Below, piece by piece: positions 54,469 to 64,000 of a DNA stretch of 64,000 bases; the stretch's first letter is position 1, and each line of letters opens with the position of its first letter. The notes beneath the pieces are model-generated. The model saw only the letters and a program-made list of their open reading frames with translations. It was not told the origin of the DNA and searched no databases. The DNA is taken from positions 186,001 through 250,000 of the IMG/VR virus record IMGVR_UViG_3300036770_004723; one strand, 5' to 3'. The translations under genes and the position numbers were made by a program.

Positions 54469-55599
54469 CTAAATTGAATAGTCTTTGATTAATTCTTCAA
54501 GTTTTTTATCAAACATTTTTAAGCAGTTTCGAATCTTTTTGGCTTTTGCCTTAGGTTCGTCTTTAGATGCGAGAATTTGACAAACTCTTCGTTTCTTGGC
54601 CAAAAGTTTCTCAAGTTCTTCCATCTTGTATAAACTATTCAAAGCATTGAAATGACCTACAGTAGTGTTTTTTGGATCTAGTTCTCTATATCTGTAGGTT
54701 AACCTTAGGTCTTGCGTGTATCTGTTTACAGACATTTTATGTATTTTTACGCAATCGACTTTTAAATCCAATGAATTTGCGCGTATTTGCATTGATTGTA
54801 CAATAGAATTCAATAAACTTAAAAAGTATTTATCTGTGTGTAATTTGCTAAAATCAAACTCTGAATTCTCTAGACCTGAAGCGTAAACTTCTAGAACTAT
54901 TTCTTTCGCCGTATTTATGGATGTACGGATAACATGACCTAAAATTGTTAGAATGTTAACCATATCCGTAACAGTATTTGTTGCGAATAGAGTTTGCGCA
55001 GGATCCCAATCTTTCCAATCCGATTTTTGAAGAAACCAGTTAATCACACCTAAATCTTTTACAGATAAAAGCCAACTATTTTCTACGACTACCTTACATA
55101 TTTCCAGTAAAACCTTATAAAATTTTCTAGCTCTGTCAATGAATGCTGCTGTAATAGGCTGTCCTTCATCAATTTTTAAAAAAATTGCCATTTCAGCAAT
55201 TGCCTTTTGTGTATGGCTATTAACGTCGATCAAGCGTTCAAGATCATGAACAAAAAGATTTAATGTGTATAATGCTGACCATGTTTGTTTTTGTTGTACG
55301 CTCGATAATTGCGTCACCAAAAGATTTTTGGACATTCCTTTGAAAAAGGAAACGTTGCTTCCTTCTAAGGTACTAACGACATTATTATATAAATTTCCAC
55401 GTAAACGATAAATACCTACATTCAAGTAATCATCATTTATTAGTGGAAAGCTTAAATCAGTATTTTTCACAGCATCTTCAGTCAAGTATTTACTATCATA
55501 CTTGTTAGACATCTCTATAAACAATTTTGAGAAAGATTTAGTTTCGCCTGCACACTTAGCTTTATATGTTTCTTCAAAAACTTTCAGGAAGATATCCAT
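54469..55599 (-). CDS. Hypothetical helical protein
   Basis: 376-aa ORF with GGAG SD. Confidence 0.6.
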   Translation of the reverse strand: MDIFLKVFEETYKAKCAGETKSFSKLFIEMSNKYDSKYLTEDAVKNTDLSFPLINDDYLNVGIYRLRGNLYNNVVSTLEGSNVSFFKGMSKNLLVTQLSSVQQKQTWSALYTLNLFVHDLERLIDVNSHTQKAIAEMAIFLKIDEGQPITAAFIDRARKFYKVLLEICKVVVENSWLLSVKDLGVINWFLQKSDWKDWDPAQTLFATNTVTDMVNILTILGHVIRTSINTAKEIVLEVYASGLENSEFDFSKLHTDKYFLSLLNSIVQSMQIRANSLDLKVDCVKIHKMSVNRYTQDLRLTYRYRELDPKNTTVGHFNALNSLYKMEELEKLLAKKRRVCQILASKDEPKAKAKKIRNCLKMFDKKLEELIKDYSI

Positions 55600-56138
55600 T
55601 ATTGGTCTCCGTTTGAACTATCTAAAGGATCTATATAATCTACACCATTAACATGATAAATCTCTTGATTACCAGAAAACCTAGATCTATGTTCTGTCCA
55701 GCTGTTTATAAGATGTTGGTAATCTGCTCTTGTTCTTAAACGTTTAAATCGTGCCTGATCAATTCTTTGTAAAGCACATGATTTGTCAGGGAAAATCAAA
55801 AATCTTTCTTTAGAGTCTGTATGTTCAATTAAATATACTTTGTCAGTACCGCAAAAACGCTCACTAATTAAATTGAATCCATTAGGTTTGGCAAGAACAT
55901 ATTCTAATCTATGCGAAACCATATTAGACATTTTAGAATAATCTACGTTGCCGTCTGGTAAATTTAAAAATACATCTAAGGAGTGAGACTCGACGACGGC
56001 TAAGCGATACACAAAGTATGGTATATTATCACTTGTAAACTTCAGATCAAGTTTTGCATAGCCTGAAAATTCTGTTTGAAGAAATTCGTAAATGTCTTCC
56101 TGTTCATTAAGTAAGGTAGATCTAAAATTAATTAACAT
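55599..56138 (-). CDS. Hypothetical protein
   Basis: ORF track. Confidence 0.6.
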   Translation of the reverse strand: MLINFRSTLLNEQEDIYEFLQTEFSGYAKLDLKFTSDNIPYFVYRLAVVESHSLDVFLNLPDGNVDYSKMSNMVSHRLEYVLAKPNGFNLISERFCGTDKVYLIEHTDSKERFLIFPDKSCALQRIDQARFKRLRTRADYQHLINSWTEHRSRFSGNQEIYHVNGVDYIDPLDSSNGDQ

Positions 56139-56139
56139 A

Positions 56140-56613
56140 CTACATTCCTTGTGGTGGAATACGGATTCGGATTTTCAAAGGACCTTGCATTAAATTGTGT
56201 TCATTACTACCAACTTCTTCTGCAAGAAATCCTCTACGTTTTATTTCTTCGATAGTTTGGCGAGGTAATAGAGCTTTACCTTTTACTTTTATCACAGGGA
56301 AATTTAGCTCCACCCCTTTTTTAAGATCATGAATAAAAGCTTTTTCACGTAACCAAATATCTATTTCAGTCGGCTCAATTTTAACTTTAACTTTACTATC
56401 TAAATAACTAGATACATCTGATAAAATTGGATCACCTTCATTTTCTTGGTATTCAGCTTTGGAAATCTTATCACCTACTGATTCAAGTGCCAAAACTATT
56501 TTATTGAAAAAGTCGCATTCTTTGCCTGAGATAATATCAGCGTACTCACGGCGATCAATGACGCCGTTTTCATGTAACGCAGATGCCATGATTGATCTGT
56601 CGTATATTTTCAT
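56140..56613 (-). CDS. Hypothetical protein
   Basis: ORF with AGGTG SD. Confidence 0.6.
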   Translation of the reverse strand: MKIYDRSIMASALHENGVIDRREYADIISGKECDFFNKIVLALESVGDKISKAEYQENEGDPILSDVSSYLDSKVKVKIEPTEIDIWLREKAFIHDLKKGVELNFPVIKVKGKALLPRQTIEEIKRRGFLAEEVGSNEHNLMQGPLKIRIRIPPQGM

Positions 56614-56718
56614 ATTCTCACCTATTACATTAGTTAATGTTCACCAATAAGCTGGCATTTATGCCAGCCTATGCTGTCAAAAATCGAAGCAACACTGATC
56701 TATTTAAATGTTATTCCA

Positions 56719-57369
56719 TTAATCTTTAGAATATTCAGGCTCTACGAGATCTAATTGACCTTCACTAGTAAAGCTTGCTAGTTGTTCAACAGTTGCCAAG
56801 GAAATAGCGTATGATTTACTTGGAATAATAATGAATTGTTCGCCATTACTTTTACGTGCCCAAAGATCAATGTAGTTACCTACTACATTCTTATAATCTA
56901 AGCCTTCAAAACCTTTTGGTTGTTCAATAGTTAGAACACGCTTAAACTTTACTTTGTCACCGTATTTAGCTAACAGTTGTCTGTACTCCAATGATTCGTC
57001 ATCTAAATCATATTGGTGCTGTACTTCACTATCGATCTCTAACACAAGTTTGTGTGCGCCGCGTTCATTGACAATTGTTTCCAGTTTTACGATAGGATGT
57101 TCAACAATTACAACAGCTAAACTCCAAACGTAAAGTGGTGATTTTGTACCGCGACCTAAGAAAAAAGAAGATAATATACTTGAAGGATCTTGCTGGTCCC
57201 AACCGACACCACTCTTGATCTCGCTTGCTTCAACACTGTCTACATGCAGCATGAAGTTATATAAAGCTTGGCGGTATTGTTGTTCGGTTTCGTCTTTTAA
57301 AGGTTGACGAAAATTACGGCCTGTTGCGCAATTACGCAAACTTTCAAATGTTGGAAAACTCATTGGCAT
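56719..57369 (-). CDS. Hypothetical protein
   Basis: Start moved to MPMSFP after GAGGG. Confidence 0.6.
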   Translation of the reverse strand: MPMSFPTFESLRNCATGRNFRQPLKDETEQQYRQALYNFMLHVDSVEASEIKSGVGWDQQDPSSILSSFFLGRGTKSPLYVWSLAVVIVEHPIVKLETIVNERGAHKLVLEIDSEVQHQYDLDDESLEYRQLLAKYGDKVKFKRVLTIEQPKGFEGLDYKNVVGNYIDLWARKSNGEQFIIIPSKSYAISLATVEQLASFTSEGQLDLVEPEYSKD

Positions 57370-57379
57370 AATAATTCCC

Positions 57380-57670
57380 TCAGATAATTGATTCTGGACT
57401 GTCATCAATCCAGATATTAAAATTGTAATCAAGTGATTGGCAGAAAGCACGTTTTTGTTTCATGCCACAATAGATTACACTAATGTTTTTACGATCACAT
57501 AGATCAGTAATATCACTGTTATCATCCGACCCTAAACAATCTTGACGATCATGACGGGCAGTAACTATTACAATGCTATGTCCTGCCAGTTTCACACTAT
57601 CAATGAAATTGTCCCATACTTCAGGCATTGCAGTATATGTTTCATCGAAATCTAATGCGATCATTACCAT
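57380..57670 (-). CDS. Minimal HAD-like hydrolase
   Basis: IALDFDET, VTAR, WIDDSP. Confidence 0.75.
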   Translation of the reverse strand: MVMIALDFDETYTAMPEVWDNFIDSVKLAGHSIVIVTARHDRQDCLGSDDNSDITDLCDRKNISVIYCGMKQKRAFCQSLDYNFNIWIDDSPESII

Positions 57671-57681
57671 AAACTTTTTCC

Positions 57682-58407
57682 TTAATTTCTTTTCATTCTA
57701 CCAAATTGTTGTTGATAGTCACCCATTCTGCATTCGGTTGTATATTCTGTAGTTACACCTTGAACTTTTGGTTGTCCTGATTCACCACACTCCACAGAAT
57801 AATCTACTTCAGTTCTGAGCATTCTTAAATCTGTATTCTTGACTAATGGAACCTCTACACTTATATGCGCAGGAACGGAATTAATTCGGTGCCAAGAAGC
57901 TAAAATTATTTCATCTTTTGCACAAACTGTTTCAGCTTCTATCCAAAATAACGTATCAATCTTACCCATTAAATAGGCAACTAGATCGCATGTAAAAGAC
58001 TTTTTGTTTTTAGTGTTCCAACCAACAGACATGAACGTAACACGCGACCAATTAATTGTTGTCTTGGATTCAACATACTTGCGTAATTGCTTCAAACTAT
58101 TTGGTTTAGATGCTGAATATTTAGGAACTAATATAATCAGATCTTTAGTTCCATATAGTTTGTTAATGTCTAAGCGGTTGAGTACACGCACTTCTTTGTT
58201 TTCAAAAGCAATAACTGAATCGAAATCAATAAAGTCTGCAATGTCGTCAGCTTGATCATTTTGAAGAGCAGTCCACTGACGTTGTAATTCATCGGCCATA
58301 GCACTAGAAAATGCCTTAGTCGATCTGTTCAGTTTAAGATTATTGGTAAATGTTTGATCAACTAGCCGTTTAATCTGGTTTAATATAAGGGTTTCAAGTT
58401 TGTTCAT
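57682..58407 (-). CDS. Hypothetical protein
   Basis: Start moved to MNKLE. Confidence 0.6.
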   Translation of the reverse strand: MNKLETLILNQIKRLVDQTFTNNLKLNRSTKAFSSAMADELQRQWTALQNDQADDIADFIDFDSVIAFENKEVRVLNRLDINKLYGTKDLIILVPKYSASKPNSLKQLRKYVESKTTINWSRVTFMSVGWNTKNKKSFTCDLVAYLMGKIDTLFWIEAETVCAKDEIILASWHRINSVPAHISVEVPLVKNTDLRMLRTEVDYSVECGESGQPKVQGVTTEYTTECRMGDYQQQFGRMKRN

Positions 58408-58411
58408 TAAC

Positions 58412-58621
58412 CTACTCCAAGTCAATACGGTTTGTTTTTTGATCTACAGGCAACGAATATTCAAAATAACCACTTTCATCACAACGACCATAACCCGCAG
58501 TAGTTAGTTCGCAGATACCTTGACTAAAAGTTGGTTTTTTACCTTGCTTGTACCATTCAATTGCCTGTAATTTATTTTGTTGCCAAACCTCTTCAGGAAT
58601 ATCGCAGATTGAAAATGTCAT
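58412..58621 (-). CDS. Small hypothetical protein
   Basis: ORF with GAGG SD. Confidence 0.55.
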   Translation of the reverse strand: MTFSICDIPEEVWQQNKLQAIEWYKQGKKPTFSQGICELTTAGYGRCDESGYFEYSLPVDQKTNRIDLE

Positions 58622-58628
58622 ACATGCC

Positions 58629-59864
58629 TCACAAATCTTTTACAGCCGACCTTGAAATATAAATCAATGCAACTGACGCAATGGCCTTAATTCTTTTCCA
58701 TGTTTTAGATAACATCTGAAAAGTTAAAAAGTTTAGAACGTAAAAGGGCCAAGAAATAAAGAAGTTGCAGATAAACCATTTATTATCTTTAGGCTTTAAT
58801 GCCAATGAAGTTCTTAGATTTTCAACCAACGAATTAATTGCTTCTTCATCTGTAGATCTCTCTTTGTACGGAGTCAAGTAATCAATACTTTCCCCCAACA
58901 CAATGCAATAAATATTTAGCTTAAGTAGTTGCCGCCTTAAGTTATCGGCGGCTTCTAGGCCAAGAAATGTTTTCGTTCCAACAGCTTCAGGACTATAAAG
59001 AAGTTTAGACAGATCTATATTTGACTGCGAAAATACAATCATAGGAATTATAACTTCTGTTATATCATTTTCCATCTGACCTGCTCTGTCTTTAATGAAC
59101 AGTACGTCAAAATTTAAATTTCTTGTAGAGTGTTCAGGCCATAAGCCAACAAACTTTTCATTTAGAAAGCAGCGAATTCTATATTTATTGCCTGAGATAA
59201 AGTTTGCTATGTCCAATTCAAGACCATTATGTAGACCTAGATAATCGACGTATTTGTTTTTGTCACTATCTAAAACTTCTCTCAATTGTAACTGCATTGC
59301 ATTTTCTGAATCAAGATACGGATGGCAAGAACAAAACTTAGCAAATTCTGGCGTTAGTTTAGAATACAATTCGTTTAACATAAAGCGTATGGCAGTGACT
59401 AGCTTGACATCTACTTTTGTACGGGACTTAAAGAAACTATTTAATAGGTCAGAATAGCTTTTAGCGTAGTCCATATTTAAACGGAACCAATTAATTAAAG
59501 TGCTGGCAATCGCTACGCCAATACAAACAGATAAGACTGTAAAATCTGTTGCATTATACTTATGTAGTAGGGAGTAGACAAGTAAGTAGAATAAAGTGGC
59601 CCAAATTACAATAATTGGATGTACCCCCTCATTCAATGTCACACGAATCATAGGATATTTTAATTTTATTTTACCATAAAATAACTTATCCTCTTCACTT
59701 ACATTAATGATTTTATTTATGTGATCGCTAATATTACCTACAGTAAAGCAACCAAATAAAGTAATAATTCCAAGCAGTATCCAAGTTACTGAAAGTGACA
59801 TTAGATCTGAGAAGGCTACAAGTAAGCCAATAAATGTTGTGTACGCTAAATTAAAAATTTCCAT
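58629..59864 (-). CDS. Multi-pass membrane protein
   Basis: About four N-terminal and one or two C-terminal hydrophobic segments. Confidence 0.65.
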   Translation of the reverse strand: MEIFNLAYTTFIGLLVAFSDLMSLSVTWILLGIITLFGCFTVGNISDHINKIINVSEEDKLFYGKIKLKYPMIRVTLNEGVHPIIVIWATLFYLLVYSLLHKYNATDFTVLSVCIGVAIASTLINWFRLNMDYAKSYSDLLNSFFKSRTKVDVKLVTAIRFMLNELYSKLTPEFAKFCSCHPYLDSENAMQLQLREVLDSDKNKYVDYLGLHNGLELDIANFISGNKYRIRCFLNEKFVGLWPEHSTRNLNFDVLFIKDRAGQMENDITEVIIPMIVFSQSNIDLSKLLYSPEAVGTKTFLGLEAADNLRRQLLKLNIYCIVLGESIDYLTPYKERSTDEEAINSLVENLRTSLALKPKDNKWFICNFFISWPFYVLNFLTFQMLSKTWKRIKAIASVALIYISRSAVKDL

Positions 59865-59866
59865 AT

Positions 59867-60157
59867 TTACTCCATTGATTTATGGTGTTCTATACACTGT
59901 TTTTCTGTATCAAAGATTAGATCACGGCCTTGCAGTTGCAAATCTACTTCTAAGCAACTTGCTAATCTTACATAAGCATTGTCCTTACCTTTAAGAAGCA
60001 TGTGGCCTGCGCATTGTTTCTTATTCTTTCGGTGTTTATGGCAAACGAAAGAATCTTGTTCAAGAATCAAATCTATCGAGTTATCTAGCCAACCACCTAA
60101 AGAATCTTTTCTAAAGGGGCAATTCGCACAAGGCGCTTTACAGTGAGTTGCTTTCAT
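59867..60157 (-). CDS. Cys-rich small protein (DUF6283-like)
   Basis: PCANCPFRKD, FVCH, CAG. Confidence 0.6.
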   Translation of the reverse strand: MKATHCKAPCANCPFRKDSLGGWLDNSIDLILEQDSFVCHKHRKNKKQCAGHMLLKGKDNAYVRLASCLEVDLQLQGRDLIFDTEKQCIEHHKSME

Positions 60158-60162
60158 TGTAA

Positions 60163-60516
60163 TTACTCCAGCAAAGATTTACATACAATCTCTTTTTGTT
60201 CCCACGTTATTTTAAATTTTTGATTGTATTCAGTATAGTCCATAGGATTTTCTACTTTAGTAGATCCGTCCCATAGCTGCCTATTGAATTGATTGTGCCA
60301 TCCTTGTGTTCTAGGTTTATTGTCACGATAAATGTGACGATATTTACCATCAACAAACTTATCTGGAGCACAAGCAGAACAAAGCGCCATTCCATTAGGA
60401 AATGGTTTGTTAGTAACTGGATTAACAGCTAGTCTATTATTTGTGTCACGTACCCACCAATTACCAAGTGCTGTATTTTCTACGCAACCACAATTTTCGC
60501 AAATATACATAGCCAT
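60163..60516 (-). CDS. Zn-binding small phage protein
   Basis: CENCGCVENTA; LCSAC; WHNQF. Confidence 0.6.
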   Translation of the reverse strand: MAMYICENCGCVENTALGNWWVRDTNNRLAVNPVTNKPFPNGMALCSACAPDKFVDGKYRHIYRDNKPRTQGWHNQFNRQLWDGSTKVENPMDYTEYNQKFKITWEQKEIVCKSLLE

Positions 60517-61307
60517 CAGTAGTTATCCTGCAAACGTTGACGTTCAAAAGGTTCATAGTAGTCCGTAATAAACGTGCTAATATAACGACTACGTGCCGCT
60601 TTAAGATCATTTACGTAATTGGCAGGACGTAGCTCTAACGCACTTACGTAAAATTCAGTATTGTATTTTCCTTCCGTTGTTTTTATTTGTGTTATATCAA
60701 ACTTTTTGAAAACACGTTGAAAGAATGTAGCAGTTTGCGTACTGTAACAATCGTTTGCAAAAGGAGTCAACTTTGTGTGATTTGTAATGGTATCAGATTT
60801 AGAGCCATGCGATCTAACACATTTAAAATAAAGAATTGGCCAACCGGTTATACGGTATGTAAGATCCAAGCAATAAGCTTCACGTAGTGCAGCAACAGTA
60901 ACGTGTACGTCAATATCACCCAACACATACATCATCAATACAATACTTACGGCCGGACCGCAAACTGTATCAACACAATTAATTAAAAAAGTCTCATGCA
61001 GGTCTAGTTCGGCTTCACTTGATTTTGTATCAAGGAACTCGAAGATTTTAAACTCACGTTTCTTTCCAGTGCCATTTTGGCCATAAGATTCTTTTAGACA
61101 AGGCTGAAGAACTTTAATGTTATCCAGCGTATAAAGAATAAGTGCGTTAATCTTAACAAGCAAAATGAATGAATCAATTTCATCAACTTTACTATCGCCG
61201 TATGATACTTGTACCTGTACATTACGAAGAGTATTTAATTCAGTTAAACACACATTTAATAAAGATTGTTTAGCGATTTCCAACTTATTAACTGAGACTA
61301 ACTTCAT
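60516..61307 (-). CDS. Hypothetical protein, paralog of 62073..62819
   Basis: LINCVDT..P..SIV...VLGDI...AL.EAY shared. Confidence 0.65.
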   Translation of the reverse strand: MKLVSVNKLEIAKQSLLNVCLTELNTLRNVQVQVSYGDSKVDEIDSFILLVKINALILYTLDNIKVLQPCLKESYGQNGTGKKREFKIFEFLDTKSSEAELDLHETFLINCVDTVCGPAVSIVLMMYVLGDIDVHVTVAALREAYCLDLTYRITGWPILYFKCVRSHGSKSDTITNHTKLTPFANDCYSTQTATFFQRVFKKFDITQIKTTEGKYNTEFYVSALELRPANYVNDLKAARSRYISTFITDYYEPFERQRLQDNY

Positions 61308-61513
61308 GGCTGCTCCTGTATTGTTCTGCCTGTGTAACGTTCAAAATGACCTTGGTTCATTATTAAAATAACATGCTGATTATATTTACGTATTAGCGGT
61401 AAGCTTTTGGTAAGCACCTCAAGTATCTGAATTACATCAAAATATGATTCAATTCCATGAACAGAATTCAACTGAAAGACATTCGGCCTTAGTTCTAATG
61501 ATTTTACAAACAT
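61304..61513 (-). CDS. Small hypothetical protein
   Basis: ORF track; start uncertain. Confidence 0.4.
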   Translation of the reverse strand: MFVKSLELRPNVFQLNSVHGIESYFDVIQILEVLTKSLPLIRKYNQHVILIMNQGHFERYTGRTIQEQP

Positions 61514-61877
61514 TAGTCAGACGGACTTCCTGATTGTCGATAAGACCTTGTATTGTTAAACGACAAAACAACATAAATACATCAATAGCCATTTTTTCAT
61601 CGTGGCCTTTTGCTAAAAGATGTAAGAATATTTTCTGATCCATTTTCAAGATACCTACACGTCTTTTTCTTAAAGACGTTAGTAAGATTCCGCCAGAGTT
61701 TAAATACGATACATAACCTGACCGATAAGGCTTGTGTATGAATTCACCTAAATTCTCTACATATAAATCATCTTTGTTATCTTTTAGGTAATCCAATAAA
61801 TCAGTAACTGCCTTAACTATTAAAGGTTTTGAATGTTTTGATTCACGTACAAGTGTTGAAATTAATTGCTTTTTCAT
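61449..61877 (-). CDS. Degenerate HU/IHF-like protein
   Basis: KKQLISTL...AVTDLLDYL...LYVENLGEF and a second QGLIDNQEVRLTN unit. Confidence 0.35.
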   Translation of the reverse strand: MKKQLISTLVRESKHSKPLIVKAVTDLLDYLKDNKDDLYVENLGEFIHKPYRSGYVSYLNSGGILLTSLRKRRVGILKMDQKIFLHLLAKGHDEKMAIDVFMLFCRLTIQGLIDNQEVRLTNVCKIIRTKAECLSVEFCSWN

Positions 61878-62071
61878 TTTTCACCTTCTTTAATCTTAGG
61901 TAAAGATCCGTCAGCTGCAAGTAAGGCATGTAGATCCAGATAAAGTTTTTGCAGTAACGGCCTTAATGTAGGTGTCAAATTATTTTGAAAGGTTGCACTG
62001 TTCGTCTTTAATGCGTTGGATGTTTTTGCTTTGGTCAGCAAAAAAGTTTTCAACAAGTTATCTATAGCCAT
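61874..62071 (-). CDS. Small hypothetical protein
   Basis: ORF track. Confidence 0.5.
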   Translation of the reverse strand: MAIDNLLKTFLLTKAKTSNALKTNSATFQNNLTPTLRPLLQKLYLDLHALLAADGSLPKIKEGEK

Positions 62072-62072
62072 T

Positions 62073-62819
62073 TTAATCAGACCTTTTGGTTAATCGACTT
62101 AATGGGATATAATACTCGGATTCGAAGTTTTCCAAATATTCTTGTTTGCATTTTTTAAGCTTATGTTCATATACATAGCTATTCTCACTTTCCAAAACGC
62201 TTCTTAGATAGCTTTCGTAAGGTACACCTTGAAAAGCACCTGTACCCAGTAAATCAAGAAAGTCATTTGAAGGCGTCATGCAGTCAAATTCTTTAAAGCA
62301 CTTTTGAAAAAACAAGGAAGTGATTATAGAGAACGTATCTGTTTCGAAACTTTTCAAAATGAATGGCTGCTTAGTATACTGAATATCAAAACCTTGTTCT
62401 CGGTAAATATTGTCGTAGAAGTAGGCTTCCGCCAGTGCATCTACTGCCACATCACTTTCTATGTCACCCAAAACAAATAAGATTATTACAATACTTGCCA
62501 TAGGGCTGTGCAAGGTATCAACACAATTTATCAAATGTATCTCAGCCAAATTAAGATCAGGCAAAGAGGCTTTTGATTTTGAGGCCAAAAGATTGCAGAT
62601 TTTAGGTAAAGATTTGTTTGATATGAGATGATGTAACTCAGTTACCTTTTCCAGCGTATGAAATATAAGGCATTGTACTTTCAGTAATATTAACAGGTCT
62701 GAACCCGATATTGCCGGACTTTGATTATATTCTTTACGTGCTTGGTTGAACAGCATTTGAATATCCACAGATTTTAATTCATTTTTAAAATCTGCAAATA
62801 CATTATTGATTACTTTCAT
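62073..62819 (-). CDS. Hypothetical protein, paralog of 60516..61307
   Basis: Shared LINCVDT/VLGDI core. Confidence 0.65.
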   Translation of the reverse strand: MKVINNVFADFKNELKSVDIQMLFNQARKEYNQSPAISGSDLLILLKVQCLIFHTLEKVTELHHLISNKSLPKICNLLASKSKASLPDLNLAEIHLINCVDTLHSPMASIVIILFVLGDIESDVAVDALAEAYFYDNIYREQGFDIQYTKQPFILKSFETDTFSIITSLFFQKCFKEFDCMTPSNDFLDLLGTGAFQGVPYESYLRSVLESENSYVYEHKLKKCKQEYLENFESEYYIPLSRLTKRSD

Positions 62820-63415
62820 GGTCTACCTCTTTTTGATCTGTCTTTGAATCCAGTGTAATCGTGACACTGTAACCTGAGAAAATTGATAACTTTTAATCTT
62901 AGCCTGTTGTGGGTAAACTCTTTACCTACTTTACTGTAGAAATATCCGTGAAACCAACTTACCTTTGCATCAACGTTAAAGAAAATTTCAGCAAAGGTTC
63001 TTTTTTCGAAGAATAGTACTTTGTCGCGTTTTTCAAAAGTGTCTTCAATTTGAGTAGTACGGCTAAAACAATTTATTAGATTTATTTGGTAGCTATTACT
63101 ATCTGTCTGAAAGAAATCAATGCCTTCACAAATGAATTCAATAAAAGGCAAAACTATACCACTAGAGCTTAGATGTAAACAAGTTCTTTTCCAGACATCG
63201 AAAAATTCCACAACACCCAGTTCAGTTTGAATTGAAGCAAACTCTAACCTTTTTTCGCTTTTCAAACCACAAAAATATTTACTATGGTTTTTACTTTCAA
63301 TGTGTCCATCCACATTGAATTCGAAATCATTTATGGCAACAACACCTATAAATGAATCGCCGTCAAAAAGTTTGATTGAATAACCTAGATCGGTTTTTTC
63401 TATGTTAACGTGCAT
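62816..63415 (-). CDS. Hypothetical protein
   Basis: ORF with GAGG SD. Confidence 0.6.
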   Translation of the reverse strand: MHVNIEKTDLGYSIKLFDGDSFIGVVAINDFEFNVDGHIESKNHSKYFCGLKSEKRLEFASIQTELGVVEFFDVWKRTCLHLSSSGIVLPFIEFICEGIDFFQTDSNSYQINLINCFSRTTQIEDTFEKRDKVLFFEKRTFAEIFFNVDAKVSWFHGYFYSKVGKEFTHNRLRLKVINFLRLQCHDYTGFKDRSKRGRP

Positions 63416-63422
63416 ACTTACC

Positions 63423-63971
63423 TCAAAAACTTACCTTGAATCCAGCTAAATACCTTGATAGGTATTTTTCAGAAAGAAACATACCAATATCCTCTTTTAT
63501 CATGTTATGTATATCGAATATAGGGATAGTTAATTCAGATTTTCGCAAAGAATCTGAATTTAAACATTCATTAATATGAATCCATTCACCTGGGATAATA
63601 CAGTCTAAATGTATTGCCAGTAAGTTTACTTCTTCCAAGTTATTACAGTTGTCTACCATAGTAGCAAAAGTTTTACGTGCTACATAAAGTTCATCTTCAT
63701 ATAGGACAGACAAACTGTTAGCTAAAGCAGGTAAGAACGTTTTATTATTGATGATTGAATCGATCAATTCAGCCAATGAAAGCACTCGCATAAATAACTC
63801 AGCAGCAAGCACTAAAACTTTTTTGGCTATTTTTAGATCGGTTTCAGGAGAAAACAGCTCTAAATTTTTTGGTTCATCTAAATTTTTTGGGTGATTTTTT
63901 TGGTCTACAGGTGAAGAAGCTTCACCTGTAATTGCATCTACTGGGACTTTACAATAGAAGCCGCTGACCAA
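63423..63971 (-). CDS. Hypothetical protein (start uncertain, near the window edge)
   Basis: ORF track. Confidence 0.5.
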   Translation of the reverse strand: MVSGFYCKVPVDAITGEASSPVDQKNHPKNLDEPKNLELFSPETDLKIAKKVLVLAAELFMRVLSLAELIDSIINNKTFLPALANSLSVLYEDELYVARKTFATMVDNCNNLEEVNLLAIHLDCIIPGEWIHINECLNSDSLRKSELTIPIFDIHNMIKEDIGMFLSEKYLSRYLAGFKVSF

Positions 63972-64000
63972 GTAAGGCGGGTATTCTGAAGAAAATGTGA

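Noticed and set aside
60516-61307. MKLVSVN as another SxS leader
   Set aside because: Lacks the second Ser, lies in the accessory arm, and its paralog has no such motif
1-64000. Stop-codon reassignment, tRNA/rRNA genes, introns/inteins, transposases
   Set aside because: Standard-code ORFs tile the window densely and no such signatures were recognised by eye

Overview
AT-rich, densely coding segment of a large myovirus (jumbo-phage-like) genome. Gene order and the capsid protein recall the RSL1/Lu11/PaBG/Y3-type group; this is from memory and was not searched. Positions 1-41457 (+) are a late/structural arm: basic putative internal head proteins, an acidic scaffold, major capsid protein, tail sheath and tube, baseplate/hub genes, then accessory genes (Acb1-like 2H phosphoesterase, MmcB-like nuclease, GNAT, HDOD, topoisomerase IB, ART-like protein). 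Positions 41535-64000 (-) are a converging accessory arm (DHH phosphoesterase, HAD proteins, two DNA methyltransferases, three proteases of different folds, paralogous hypotheticals). The most striking unexplained pattern is a shared N-terminal leader, M-K/R-(hydrophobic strand)-S-x-S, on about 16 otherwise mostly unrelated + strand proteins. The same hydrophobic-x-S-x-S motif recurs at internal domain boundaries, 14 times (SES) in the scaffold and once in the capsid protein. I infer a capsid-targeting/prohead-protease processing code that loads a cargo set, including Topo IB and an ART-like enzyme, into the virion. Two structured non-coding elements also stand out: 1670-2032, and 11685-11837 in the capsid 3' UTR. 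No tRNA, rRNA, CRISPR array or mobile element was recognised. All family assignments come from motif recognition by eye.
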